NCBI RefSeq assembly: GCF_003704095.1
Contig: NW_020846866.1
Span: 1 to 64,000, forward strand
Length of the DNA: 64,000 bases
Direction of reading: 5' to 3'
Source of the DNA: Pocillopora damicornis
Taxonomy: Eukaryota
Of this stretch, positions 51,947 through 64,000 are shown piece after piece. Every line of letters begins with the position of its first letter. Within the stretch, counting starts at the first letter, position 1. The notes under the pieces are model-generated. The model was not told where the DNA came from, did no database searches, and saw only the letters and a list, made by a program, of their open reading frames with translations. The position numbers and the translations under genes were made by a program.

Positions 51947-54649
51947 ATGGCGTTTCGTAGTGTAATTGCAAGGCCCTTGTGGCATGCTGCTCGTGCTTGT
52001 AAAAGATCTCCTCAAGTACTTGGTGGTTCATGGCGATTGTGTTCTGCGAAGTCGAGTCTTGATGAGCCAGGTATGAGTAGGTAAACTGTATTTTTCCGAG
52101 TAAAAAGAAGTTTGTACATACATAAATCAAAGCTGTCTTTTATTTAAGCCCTCTTTGGTCTTAAGAAATTTTCTCTGCAGAAGTGGATGCGAGGTTTGGG
52201 AAAATCCTTACAGATTTGTTTGCATTACTAACCGCGATGCAAATAGTTTGCCACATCACAAAGATTTATATCTGTCGACCTGTGCCGTCACGCAAGTAAA
52301 TGAGATTGCTCGATTAAAAAAAAAAAATCGGGCAAATTACTCACCAGTTACGGTTCCACTGCAAATTAATTAAACCACATTAACTACACCTGTTTTCAAG
52401 AATAGGTTTTTAATGCCATAGAGGTAGGAGTTCTAAGACAGAGTGTGTATGTGAATTTTTTTTTTTTGTATTTACTGTTTTACTCAAGATGACGACAATT
52501 TCACATTTGAATAGGTTACTTTGACTACAAGTTTTTTTTAGTACAGTAACCCAATTGCTTGATCTTTAGCTCTCCATAAAGAGAATAGTTAATCTCTTAC
52601 TGTGATTTAATGTCTTTCATTCAGATTTTGAAACTCACAGGGACAAGAAGTTATTTACCCCTGGCCCTCTCGGCGTCAGCTTTGAAACAAAGAGGGCCAT
52701 GCTGCGGGACCTTGGTTCGCGTGACACGGAGTTTATACGGGTTGTGAAAACAATTCGTTCGAGGCTCTTGGAAATTGCTGGTGTTTCTCCTGAAGTGTTC
52801 ACCACTGTATTACTTCAGGGTAGCGGAACATATGCTGTGGAGGCTGTACTCACCACCACAACCCCCAGAGAAGGAGGGAAAGTTTTCATCATTGAATGTG
52901 GTTCCTATGGCAAGAGAATGATGAAGATTTGTGAAGTTGCGGGGATAGAAACGGTTTGTTTTTACTAGTTCCTTTGAGTATGTTGATCTCTGATGGTTAA
53001 ATTAACTTTTGAGAAGGTTTCCCTTTTTAATATTGTTAACCTTATAGTACTGGTACATGTACATGTAACAATCCAATTCTGAATGTTTTATTTCAGGCAG
53101 GAGAGATGCTTGAAATTAGGTGTTTAGTATAGACTTCATGCTCCAGGAAATTTTGTGATTGCTTTTGATTTAGCTAAGGGTTCATGTTTTCATGTAAGCC
53201 AATTGTGACGATCAACTTAAAAATTAGAGATACCATAGATAAAATATGAACACTTTCATTTGCTGTAAACCCTTCATGTATTCAGTTATAGGTATATAAA
53301 TGGATAGATATTTCTTTGAGCATCCAGCACAACTTTCCAACTGTAGCTGGGAGCTTTGCATTTAACCAGTATGAAGAATTGCGAGAAACGCAGTGGTCTA
53401 TTGTTTAGTGTGCTGGGCTTCGCGTCTGAATGCCTGGGTCTGTGAAGGCCTGATGAAGTGCTGGGGGTAACCTTGCAATGGACTAGCATCCCATCTTGGG
53501 GGGAGAAGTGATACTCCTAGTGGCTTCATGCTAAGGAAACCTGGGATAAGCTCCAGCTGGGTGAGCCACTTGGCTTTGGTAAAGACTCAAGGTTTTAGTG
53601 TAAGGAATTGAAGGGTAAACATTTGTAGGTTTTTCATATGGTGTGTATCTGTTGTTCAGGTTGTACTTCACGGAGCAGAGGATTCCAAAGTAGACTTAAA
53701 GAAAGTTGAAGAAATCCTGAAAAGTGATAAATCCATCACCAATGTTGCCATGGTGCACTGTGAAACCTCCACAGGTGTTATACATCCAGTTGCTGAAGTA
53801 GGAAAACTTGTGAAAGCACATGCTCCAGATGCATCATTTTTTGTTGATGCTATGAGTAGCTTTGGGGCAGTTCCACTCAATTTAGATCTAGCAAACATTG
53901 ACTTCATGGTGAGCTCAGCTAACAAGTGTATAGAAGGTGTTCCTGGGTTCTCCTTTGTAATTGGCCATATTGAATCCTTGAAGAAATGCAAAGGATGGGC
54001 ACGTAGTTTATCTCTGGACATTGTTGATCAGTATGAAGGACTTAACCAGAACGGCCAGTTTAGGTTCACCCCAGCAACTCATGCCATGCTTGCTTTCCGA
54101 CGAGCTTTGTCTGAGTTCAAGGCTGAAGGTGGAGTGGATGGAAGAGCAAACAGGTGAGCGGCTTTATTCCTAGAGATTGAAAGACTATCTAAATGAACTG
54201 ATTATGCCAAAATGTTTCATAATGAATCATAGCATCATCATAACCAGTATAGGAGAAGCCAGGTGTTTGGTATACAGATATGTACCTTTTTTGTAATGTT
54301 TAAGTCTGTGAAAATTACTCTCTTTTATTCTCATAGATACATGGAGAACTGCAACCTTCTTCAAGATGGCATGCGGAAAATGGGTTTCAAGAAGTTTCTA
54401 GATGACACCCATGAAGGGTACATTATAACTTCCTACTACAACCCCAAGCATCCAAACTACAACTTTGAAGATTTTTACAATCGGCTAAACAGTAAGGACC
54501 AGGTCATCTACCCTGGTAAAGTAAGCACTGCTGACTGCTTCAGAATTGGTAACATCGGAAAACTGTATCCTGCTGATATGCAGCATTTGTTGAAGTGTAT
54601 AGAAGAAGTGTTAGGTGAAATGGGAATACATGTCCCCCTAGAAGAGTAA
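51947..54649 (+). CDS. phnW: 2-aminoethylphosphonate--pyruvate transaminase (PLP class V; 4 exons, 419 aa) with putative mitochondrial presequence
   Basis: Exons 51947-52070, 52625-52953, 53660-54153 and 54337-54649, phase-consistent. Motifs LFTPGP, AMLRDLGSRD, QGSGTYAVEA, VHCETSTG, DAMSSFG, SSANKCIEGVPG (PLP lysine), FRFTP and IYPGK...FRIGNIG. Confidence 0.93.
53385..53585 (+). mobile_element. SINE remnant in phnW intron 2
   Basis: tRNA-like head (gcagtggtctattgtttagtgtgctgg) and a body GGGGGTAACCTTGCAATGGACTAGCATCCCATC...GCTTCATGCTA..GAAACC.GGATAAGCTCC resembling invertebrate SINE2 cores. A related head is at ~34985-35070. Confidence 0.6.
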
Positions 54650-56327
54650 ACAAAGAGACAGTAGACTAGTTATGTGCACCATTTTATGGGGTGTGATACA
54701 CATAGGCCATTTCTGAGTTCTAAAAATTCTCCCTTTCTAATTTTGATCAAGAGCAAAATTTTCAGGTATTAATGGGTTACAGTTGCTTAAGGATTAAAAT
54801 CATTTTCCAATGAATAGCTTTGCACTTTCCACTGAAACAGAGGCTTTTTGCATCTCAGAAATGGCTCATTAGTACAGTGCTCTTAGCTGCATTGTTCACA
54901 CCTAATATCAAAAAGGTTTGTCAAAGGCATGCTTGCTGGAATAATTTTGATGTGGAAATGAAATGAAATTTAATATAGTTTATGAATAAGATTTATGTCT
55001 TAAAAGAGCAGAACAATCACATCTTTTACAGATAACAAGAACAGTTAGCATGTAAAATAACTCAGAGAATTTGAGCTGAACAGGGGATAAGGCAAAAAAC
55101 AAGTAATCAGCAGAAAATGCATGAGCAGTAAAGCCAAATTTTGTAGATAAACTGTAAGTGGCAGTGGTGTGTAAGTGTTAGTAGTTACAGCAAATGCAAT
55201 CTCATTATTACATTTGAAAAGTAAGTGTTTTCATATTGCTTAAGATTTTTTGGTACAATTAGCTTTCATCAAATTATGGCACATTTGTTAGAAGTGTTAG
55301 GGTCAGTGAAAATAATATGATTTTGAAAATAGCTACCACACAATTTATTATGTTGTAAAAGGAGAAAATAAAAGAATTTTCTGTTGTTATAATAATTTAC
55401 ACTGAAATAAGTTAAATCAGATTTCCTTTTTGTTGTTTCCTGTGAGGTACTTTAGATGTAATACTTAAATAGTATTCCCTTAGAATAATCCCATCCATGT
55501 GATTTAGTGGAAAGTTATTTATTTGAACAATTTTCTTTTTTGAGATAATTCTTCAGAAATAATAAGGATAAATTAAATTTTTGTATTTTTTTCCTTGTCA
55601 CTTTTTTCAAAGTGACTATTCTGCATTACTGAGTGTGTCATCTTGTGAGAGGACCATAATACAAGATGGTGTGTTTTTTGGAAGTAATGTGATTTGATAC
55701 CATAAGAGACAGAGCAGAGTGTCTGTTTTAACAAAGTGTTGGTTTTTACAGTGGTCATTCCATGCTACATATAGACTCCAACTAACGATTTTTAAGCATG
55801 TAATGGCTAAAAGCATGCAGAAGCAGTAACTTTCTAATATAAAGAAAATAAATAAATTAGTAAGTAGTTTCCAAAAAGGATCTTTCTAATGTTTAGAAGT
55901 GCAGAATAATTAAGAACAGTAAAATAATTTAACTGTGAGTAGTAATTAAAAAGTCTTTTGGGAGTCTTGTTAGATGGAAACAAACAATAGATTTCCTTGA
56001 TTAGGTAACAGAACTAATTAAATGGTATTGAATGCGTGATAATGTCTGAAAAAAGTTACCCCTACTATTATCCCCTTATCCGCCGCTACGTGTTGTCATG
56101 AACTTCTTCGGGACATGCTAAAGTCATCCAAGTTACCAGTGCATGAGATAATGAGGGTAAATGGACACATGCCTAGGAAGAGAGGTCATAGCGACAACTA
56201 TTAGTTTGGGGGGAAATTTCGGCCAACCTATCCAGGACCCCTGGTATGATGTCCCGCCGACTGAGGGGTCCCTGAAGAGTAAGATCCGCATCTCTCCTGC
56301 CTCAATTCCGTTTACCACTGGAAAAAC

Positions 56328-59300
56328 ATGGCAGCGTCGGGGAAAACTCTCTCTTTGTTAAGTTTTGCTCACATAATATTAACATTCAATCCAGCCTTGG
56401 CGAAATGTCCAAAGGTTAGTAAACCACACTCGAGGAATCAATATCGGTTTGAGTTCGTATGGAAAGCTTTTATTAAAATTTCACGGCAAAGTCATGCTTG
56501 TTCAAGGTAGTTTTTACTGACAGTGGCTGGTTATATTATTTTAGCATGAGGTTCTGCTCCACAACTTCAAGCCAACGTACTTCCTAGACAAAGGAGAAAC
56601 AATTAAGGTAGGAAACCTGGGGTCAGTTTTTTCACTTCTTCCTTCTCTCTATGTTCGCAATAGCTGTTTCAATTCATATGTGACCAGTGCATCAAAAATA
56701 TGCTTGAAAACATATCCCTCAAAATGGTCCTGAAAGTTGGCTACAACTTTGTATTTGTGTTTCTTCTTCTTACCATTCCTTCCTTTTCTTTCCTTTTCGC
56801 CACAGGCATGGGCTATGCTTATTCCTGAACCTTGGGAAGATAATCGACTTATTGTAAGAGAGCTAACAACAACCATTATATAATACTTACAGAAAACAAA
56901 AAGAATCTTGCCTACGGGGTTCATTGCACGTTTTCATTCAGTTATTAGCTATTGCTGTGTTGTTATCCGCAAGTTTCAAGAGAAACGTATCGAGTTAAAG
57001 AAATAATGCATTGAATTGGATATTTACCACACAGGGAAATAATATACCTTGTACAATTCTAAGAGGAACTTTTCAAACAACACCATTTCTTACATGCTAT
57101 ATTCATTTGTGATACATCAAGTGAACAATTTAGAGTTACAAGAGAGAGAATCCAGAGTGTCAGCTGGGACACAACAGGAACACTATCCTCCTCAAATTTT
57201 GTTACTTGTTTAGTAAACTACAATAGTGATGTATAGCCGTTTTCTTGTTGTAATTGCAGCACCAGTTTGAATAAAACCTCAACATACAAGTAGAACATCG
57301 GATTGTGAGGAAATCCAGTACAAAATACTAATAAAATGCAGTAATCCAGAGATAAATTTTTCAATTCCTTTATTTCACAGGGCAGCCTTTCAAATACTGA
57401 ACACTTGACTTTCAGTCTTGCAAGCCAGGAATCATTCTCAGATACTCATGGCATAGGAGTTATATCCAGAAATGTAGTAAGTGTTGTGAATTTCTCATAG
57501 AAAATGGAAAATTACTCAGGATTAGGATAAGTTAGGTTAAATTTTCTGAGCCACTATCAATTTTTTCACTGTGATTTCCTTCTAGACAGTTTCCCTCAAA
57601 GAAAGAAAGAGAAGAAATGAGGGACACAACCACGCAAGGTAATGAATTTAGGAGTGATCCCGGGTATGAAGTAGCTTGGTGTTCACAGATGTTTTTTAGG
57701 AGATCATAGGTTAAACTTTTGTTAGGAGCAGCACAATTAATTTCTTTCCTCTAAATGAACCTGGTGTGTCGCTGATTCACTGATTCACTGATTGTAGCTT
57801 TTAAGGTAGTCTAGATGCCATAATTTGACAATATTAAAAGTTATAACTTGCAAATAATGTAGAAATGTGTTTTTAGTGAAGAGGGCATCAATGTTTTGTT
57901 TGGTGTTGAGGCATTTTCCGAAGATCACTCTTGTGCCACCTTAAAAGCAGTAAGTATTTGTGCAAGTGTAGCCTTAGTTTTATCTGAGCAGTTGCAGTTC
58001 AGAAACAGACAAAAACATTCTTAAGGGATTGGCTTGGCAATTTTACTGTGCTAGAATTTATTTTCTCTTGTGGCTGTCTTCTTTAACATGGAAGTTTTTG
58101 CATCAGCATCTCTTCCTATAAGATTGGATGTTGCCTTTACAGTATGATAGAGTATGTTGCAAAATCAATTTGACTCCACTAAGGGCAGAGCTAGAAAAAT
58201 TGTGCAAGTCCCTAGAGAAACAACCAGACCTGAGAGAACTTTTTGAAATATATTCTAACATAGGATATGTGTTTCATTATGTTAATAGGAGACAAATGTG
58301 ACTATTGGTTGCCCTTCTAACCGGCGTATAATTCCTAGGGGGTGAGTTTGGCAATGGTTGATGCACAGATATAATCTATAGAAAACATTTTATGCGATGT
58401 ATTTAAGTCAAAGCAATTTCATGCTCTTGATATGTGTGCAAAATTGTTTAAAAGAAAGTTATCACTTATTGTAGGTAAATCACAACTTTTGTATTAGGTG
58501 ATCATTTTTAATTTTTCAGCAAACCTACCAGATGTGGAAGTTTCAAAAACTTTTCTTATGTTGTTTCAAGGTAAAAATGATCAAAGATATGTTTGTAAGA
58601 AATAGTTACTGGGTAAGAATGGTGTAGATACTCCAGTTGTTCACTTTTAAAATACTTGAAACCATTTCAACTTCATCTGGGGAGCATCACATAGCCAGTT
58701 GGTTAGGGAGAAGTGCTGGGAAATTTAATTCACTTAGACCAGCAGGGTCTAAAATACTATAATTAAAAAATAGAACTTACTTAACTTTTTGACCCTTGAG
58801 TGCATTGACCCTTCAACCCCTAAGAGTGACTAACATCTAATTTCTCCTAACAACATCACCCCTGGATCAAACACTAAGGTCATGAGAATAAAGGAGATGA
58901 TCACCAACTAAAGAAGCTTTTGATTGTTGCACAAATTCTCCTTGTAAGAACATTAGGAAATGTCTAGGGAGTAGTATGGAGAATATGCATACTGATGTTA
59001 GGAAGTAAAGAGTTACATTAGGTGAGAAAATAACATTTTCTACTTTTTTGTGGCAGTGGTCAGCAGAGAAAAATTTCTCATGAAAATGATGAAGTTTCAG
59101 ATAAGGTGAAGTTATGTAAATTCCACGTTTAGTTTTTCAAAGAGGAAAAGCTCGATTACTTTTCTTTTATACGGCTTCTCTCTCGTATATGCTTCAAGAA
59201 ACGGCTGCCTTTCCAAGTGCCTTTCTTTCTTGATTCAATTTAATTCGCCCTATGACGTTATTTGTAGTTAACGATTCTTCAAACCTCATGCTTTACATTT

Positions 59301-61904
59301 TGATCAGGTATTTGATTTTATTTGTCGTGGGATGTACTGAAAAAAGTTTGTTTTATAGACCGTTGTGTATGACCTTCTTAAACTGGGCTGTCCGTTATCA
59401 GTGCAGAGCAGTGAACCTTTCAAACCCATTATTGACGTGTAAGTGCCGTGTTTTATTAACACCTTTTCCGCCAATGCATTTCCCTGAGAGCTAGGTAATA
59501 GTGGAATTTAAGTGCCAAAAGAAAAAAAAAGGAAAGAATCAGGGGAGATTCTCAGTCACGTTTCTTTACGTTTGCTTTGTATCACGTCGCTCTCTGCTGC
59601 TAAATGGCTGCTTCAACTGAATGTAGGGAAAAGGCCTAATCAGCAGATGTATCACGATATGTATTTGAAGTCTTAGTGTTAATTCAGTCCACTGAACTAA
59701 ACTCTTTATAGATACAAGTATCAGTAATGTCATTCACGAATCTAATGCAGTTGAGTTTTTATTTAATTATCTTTTTTACTTCTAAGAGAAAATAAATGCG
59801 ACAGCAATGTCTTCTGATATGAAAACTTTTCGTACTATTTTATAACTAATTTCTTAAAGATTACGCAAGTTCTGAAATATTTCTCCCCGTCAGATACGAT
59901 GGAGAAACGTTTGTAAAAGAAGTGGATGTAAACTATGTATTGTGGGAACAACATGGTCGAGCTGGCTACAAGTACAGTAAAACCATGAAGGAGGTTAGTG
60001 GCTGTTTCGTATTTTAAACATTATTTTCCTCCTCCTCCCCGTTTTTGGAGGACTACTGGGGATAGGAGAAAAATTATAATTTTTTGATACTGATATCTCT
60101 TTTGGAAATGCAAACATTTAGTGTCAGTTATTTGTGCAGCATTAAAAGGCTATACCGCTGAACATCGCCCAAAGAATTTCAAGGAAGAAAGCAAAGAAAG
60201 ACGTGCTAAACTGGTATTGATAGGCTGAAGTGGAATGCGTTGAACTTATACTGCAAAGAAGCTGGCGAAGAATGTTACAGCAGAAGGAAGAGAAATTACG
60301 GTGTTAGCAGTTCGATCGAGGGAAAAATGCAAAAGAACATGTGAAATTAGGTTAAAATTGTCACTGGCGGTTTGAACATCTCAATATCAACTCACTGTTC
60401 GACTATGTGAACTTCAACTTTGAATTTTTTGTACGCAACTTCCTGTGTTAAGTATGAGCCACTGACTGAAATTCACACTTGAAGAGTTCGGGAGAAGTTA
60501 AGGAAGGTCATGGAAATTTTTAAGACTTCGAAGGAAATATGAACCCAACCCAATATTCAATAGGAAAGCGTTTTTGTTGTTGTTGTTGTTTTTTTAACAA
60601 GGTTGGGTGCATGAGAGAGGCGCAGAGCTGGGAAAAGATGATAAATTCCATGAAGGGTGGAAGTATTGAATCAGCGTGGTCCAGGGAGGTAAAAAGATAC
60701 GAACAGCGAGTTATAAAAGATGCGTGTACTGTGTTAATTTGGTTCCGTGTTGCCTTCTCTTGACCAACTAAGACAACTAACAATGATCGACAAACAACTT
60801 CATGGTGATCTTTTATGATGCCTTTCGTTCAAGACTATCGCAATATGCGACTGATCAATTTCCGAACCTTCGAAAGATTGTAATATTATTCACTTTAATT
60901 TACTTTCAATTTTATTCCCTAGAATTACCAAACTTGTTTTCAAGAATCAGCAGATGGCTCCATTTCTGCGGATAATCTTTATGAACGATACGAGATCCTC
61001 AACAGTTCTGGGGCCGCCTCGCACATTGTGTGGACTGATGTAGGCACTTTTGTCTTCCTCCTGAAAGTTCTTGATCCTGAATTTAGGTAAAGGACTTGGT
61101 CATTGAATATACCTCAACTGATATTCTTTAAGGTAGTGGAATTTCAAGAGCAGTATTTTTTTTATTTATTTTTTTTTTATTGTTTTTCTATTGAGAGGCA
61201 ACTTTCGGATTTTGCCGCTGAATAAAATTTGGCCGCGTCATTTTTCAGCCACAGCCCTGGTTAGTTTAAACCACTAAAGCTCACTTTGGTTGTCTGGATT
61301 TTCGAGTCAACCCTAAGAAAGCGAAAGATATACTCAATTTCAACTTCCCACTCGAGTTCACTCTTTGTTCCTCTTTCCCAAACGGCGGCTGTGACAGTGT
61401 GTCGAACTTTAAGGAAGAAGGCTTTATAAGGGGTTATCGGATGCGGGATATTTGGGTAAAACGTTGAAGGGATACGGGGATACTCGAGGGAAAAAAAAGC
61501 GGGAAACGGGATTTTCAAAATAGAGATAACGGGAATTAAAAGGAAACAAACTGCAGGAATTAACGGGATATTTAAGCCAAACATTAATAGCATACGGGAT
61601 ACTCAGACCCACCTCCTCGGGGGCGTCAGGAATTGTCTCTTTTCCTTGTTCCTTTAGCGTGGGTTCCGTGCTATTCTTCATAAGATTAGGCTGCCTGTGA
61701 CTTAGCTGAATACTGACTATTATCATCCATATACTTTGTCATTACAGCTTTTGTAATCTGACCGTAGAGTTTGGTGTTCAAGTGCATGGTGTCAGGAGTG
61801 CGATGCAAGAGATTCCAACCTTCGTGGTTCTTGGTTCAGCATGCCTGACTATCATGGCCCTGATGCTCTCTGCCTTCCACACCACAGCACTGTGTTCCGA
61901 ATGA
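56328..61904 (+). CDS. CATSPERE: CatSper auxiliary subunit epsilon-like (delta/epsilon family) single-pass membrane protein, short form (14 exons, ~386 aa)
   Basis: Exons 56328-56414, 56545-56607, 56806-56853, 57381-57476, 57586-57638, 57877-57949, 58289-58341, 58520-58570, 59057-59105, 59359-59438, 59894-59993, 60602-60688, 60923-61086 and 61748-61904, all GT-AG and phase-consistent. Signal peptide, then YFLDKGE, IGCP, LGCPL...[57 protein letters not shown] and a C-terminal TM helix. These recall CATSPERE. Confidence 0.8.
61420..61625. repeat. Interspersed repeat with internal CGGGATA/CGGGA units in the last CATSPERE-like intron
   Basis: Repeated cgggat/cgggaa units spaced ~10-30 bp apart within a ~200-bp purine-rich block. 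Confidence 0.5.
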
Positions 61905-62699
61905 CCGTGGGCTATTCTCGTCTGGGAACACGGAGGAGGGGGGAAGCTTTATCAAGTTTCATGAAATGGAAAATAGTCTTTCTTACTATTACATCCGCAA
62001 TAGGTGGATTTTTGCGTTTCAACTGAAAAGAAGGTCCGTGCTCATTATTCTCATTTTCGGTCAAATTTCCTTGGATCAAAAAACGGTCTATTATTCCAGA
62101 ACAACATTTTGTATGGAGCGTTTTTTATACGTAGCGCTTAGGAACTTTTGTCGAGGCTGAGCGCAAAAGGTTTGTGCGGAACATGTTGATACATGTTTCG
62201 TGGAATACTATTGACCTCGATCACGTGTTTAGGGCCTTGGGTCATGCGAGAAGATTGATGTAATCTGTTGTACCGTGACGGAAATAACTGAATCCGAGGT
62301 AGTGAGGATCTGCTGCAAAGGCAATAAGGAAACCTGATGGAACCTGGGATATCTTCAAGTAGATAAACGAAAAAACAAAGCAGCGTTTTGCAAATGATTT
62401 TAATCAAAAACACTTTGGAAACTACGATTGTTCAATAAGGGCGACGTGTTACTTTTCACTACTTCTTTCGAACCGCCAAAGTTAATCGAGGCAAATTCGT
62501 TTCGAAGAATTCACACCCCGTTGGAAGTTATCTCTTGGAGAGTATTTTAGGTTAAGTTGTAACACAGTAACCTTGTAATCTGAACGTTAAAAAATTCAAG
62601 AAAACTTTAACTCAATATTTCCTAGCAATATTGCTCCTAAATTTCACCAAACTAAGCCGCGAGAGGCAATCAGAGTTTTCTTAACAAAACGCCAAAATA

Positions 62700-64000
62700 A
62701 TGGCTGTAGGAAGGGTACTTTGGAGAATATGCCGCTTTAGTACTTGGAATTTTCTTGGAAGAGTGGTGCTAGTAGCTACTGTGATGGGGATAACACTATT
62801 CGTTTGGAAAACACCGTGTACGAATGGACGCGAATATCCCACTACCTCAAGAGACGTCAAACCTTTAAACAGTCAGAGAAAGCCTACAACTGAGCCATTT
62901 CAAACAACTTCCCACGAACCAAGTAAGAATAGGGTGTTTTTAGATTCTGACTCAGGTGGCAATCGCTCATGCAATTGCCTTGTTAATCGACAAATTCGTA
63001 AAAGATGTCGAACAATAATATGGTCATTTTCATGGTTTTGGGAGATATTCATCCTTTATCCTACTCAGCGAGACTGCGAAGGTGGAACTAGTCTGTGCAG
63101 AACCACATAAACTCGTGTTTAATTCCACATATTAAAACCAATCATGGTAATTTAACTTAAGGCTTTTCATAAGGAAATCTAAGTGTTGCTACACTCTACT
63201 TTTAGCAAGTCAGTGTGACGTTTGATCAACAAGCGAAACAATTTAGAATTCAGTCTTCAGCAAAAATAATAAATTGTGTTGATCTTTCGCTGGTGTTGAC
63301 GAAAGCGCTTTTTAAATAAGAATTTTTGTCTTATTCGTGACTAAACGTGTTTGAAACAGTTTTCGTCATTAAGTATTGGAATTGCAGTATTACATAACAT
63401 GGTGCAACAGAAAAAAACAACGGAAGTGGATCAATATCTCAATATCCAAACAAGTCTAATTTTAGCCTCAAACTGACAGTGTTTGAATTTTAGTATCAGT
63501 AAGGTGCTCTACTAATGCATTCCTTTTAAAATTTGGACTTATTTCGATGATATACTCGATATTTATAGCGAATAGTTTTTGGAAATTATGGTTTCCTTTT
63601 TTTCTCTTTAAAGAAACAATTCGCTAAATCGTATTTTTGAAGTCCAGTGGAACTTATGAAGTGCAATAAGTGTAATAACGTAAGCTGCACTATTTATTTT
63701 CTTGGAGCAATTTACTTCCCGAAAATGAAACTACAGAAAATTGAGAGAGATGTTGCTAACAAGACCGACCTAAATGTTGTGGTCTGGGGCGACTTCGTCC
63801 AAATTTCATTAGAATTGACCATGTTAATAGGACTGAGTAGAATACAATTCGATCTGTAATCAAACAAACACAGCACAAACGGCTCTAAAAAAGATTTTGT
63901 TGTTCCTAGAATCTTTACAGAAGCGTCCCTCCATTTGTCCGGACAGAGATGTACTTAAAAGTTCCAAAGTGACCAAGTTAGGGAGATATCCCTCACAAAC
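62700..64000 (+). CDS. 5' part of a type II membrane protein gene (glycosyltransferase-like topology), continuing beyond the window
   Basis: Exon 1 is 62700-62922 (AAATAATGG start context; short basic tail, TM VVLVATVMGITLFVW, Thr/Pro stem; donor A|gtaaga, phase 1). A phase-compatible exon starts at 63910 (ttcctag|, KSLQKRPSICPDRDVLKSSKV...). No catalytic domain is visible. Confidence 0.55.

Noticed and set aside
51947-54649. Bacterial contamination or recent horizontal transfer of phnW
   Set aside because: Spliceosomal introns, an intronic SINE, host-like composition and contiguous animal neighbours. Ancient origin cannot be judged here.

Overview
Gappy eukaryotic scaffold with spliceosomal GT-AG introns, about 35-40% GC by eye. 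The repeat families and gene content point to a cnidarian, probably a scleractinian coral (inference). The first ~30 kb is fragmented by N-runs. It holds a cluster of at least three different versions of a TPR-CHAT (TTC28-like, caspase-HetF protease) gene, with no introns in the sequenced parts. The best-assembled copy has ~18 near-identical 120-bp/40-aa TPR units whose amino-acid variation falls mostly on the TPR helix-A ligand-binding positions, and the CHAT His/Cys dyad is intact. This looks like a repeat-shuffling sensor-protease. Also in this part: triplicated upstream non-coding modules, BEL/Pao LTR remnants, a SAM-like exon and an inverted, degenerate partial copy of RSPH9. The remaining ~34 kb is well assembled: RSPH9 (-) head-to-head with NUDT22 (+), a nested TE cluster with hammerhead-like motifs, an intronless START-domain gene, a Penelope remnant, aftiphilin with a 23-aa-period motif array, a spliced 2-aminoethylphosphonate transaminase (phnW-like) with a putative mitochondrial presequence, a 14-exon short CatSper-epsilon-like gene not recovered as a gene in the ORF track, and the 5' end of a type II membrane protein gene. 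Exon models were built by hand from splice sites and reading phase; family assignments come from recalled motifs, not database searches.
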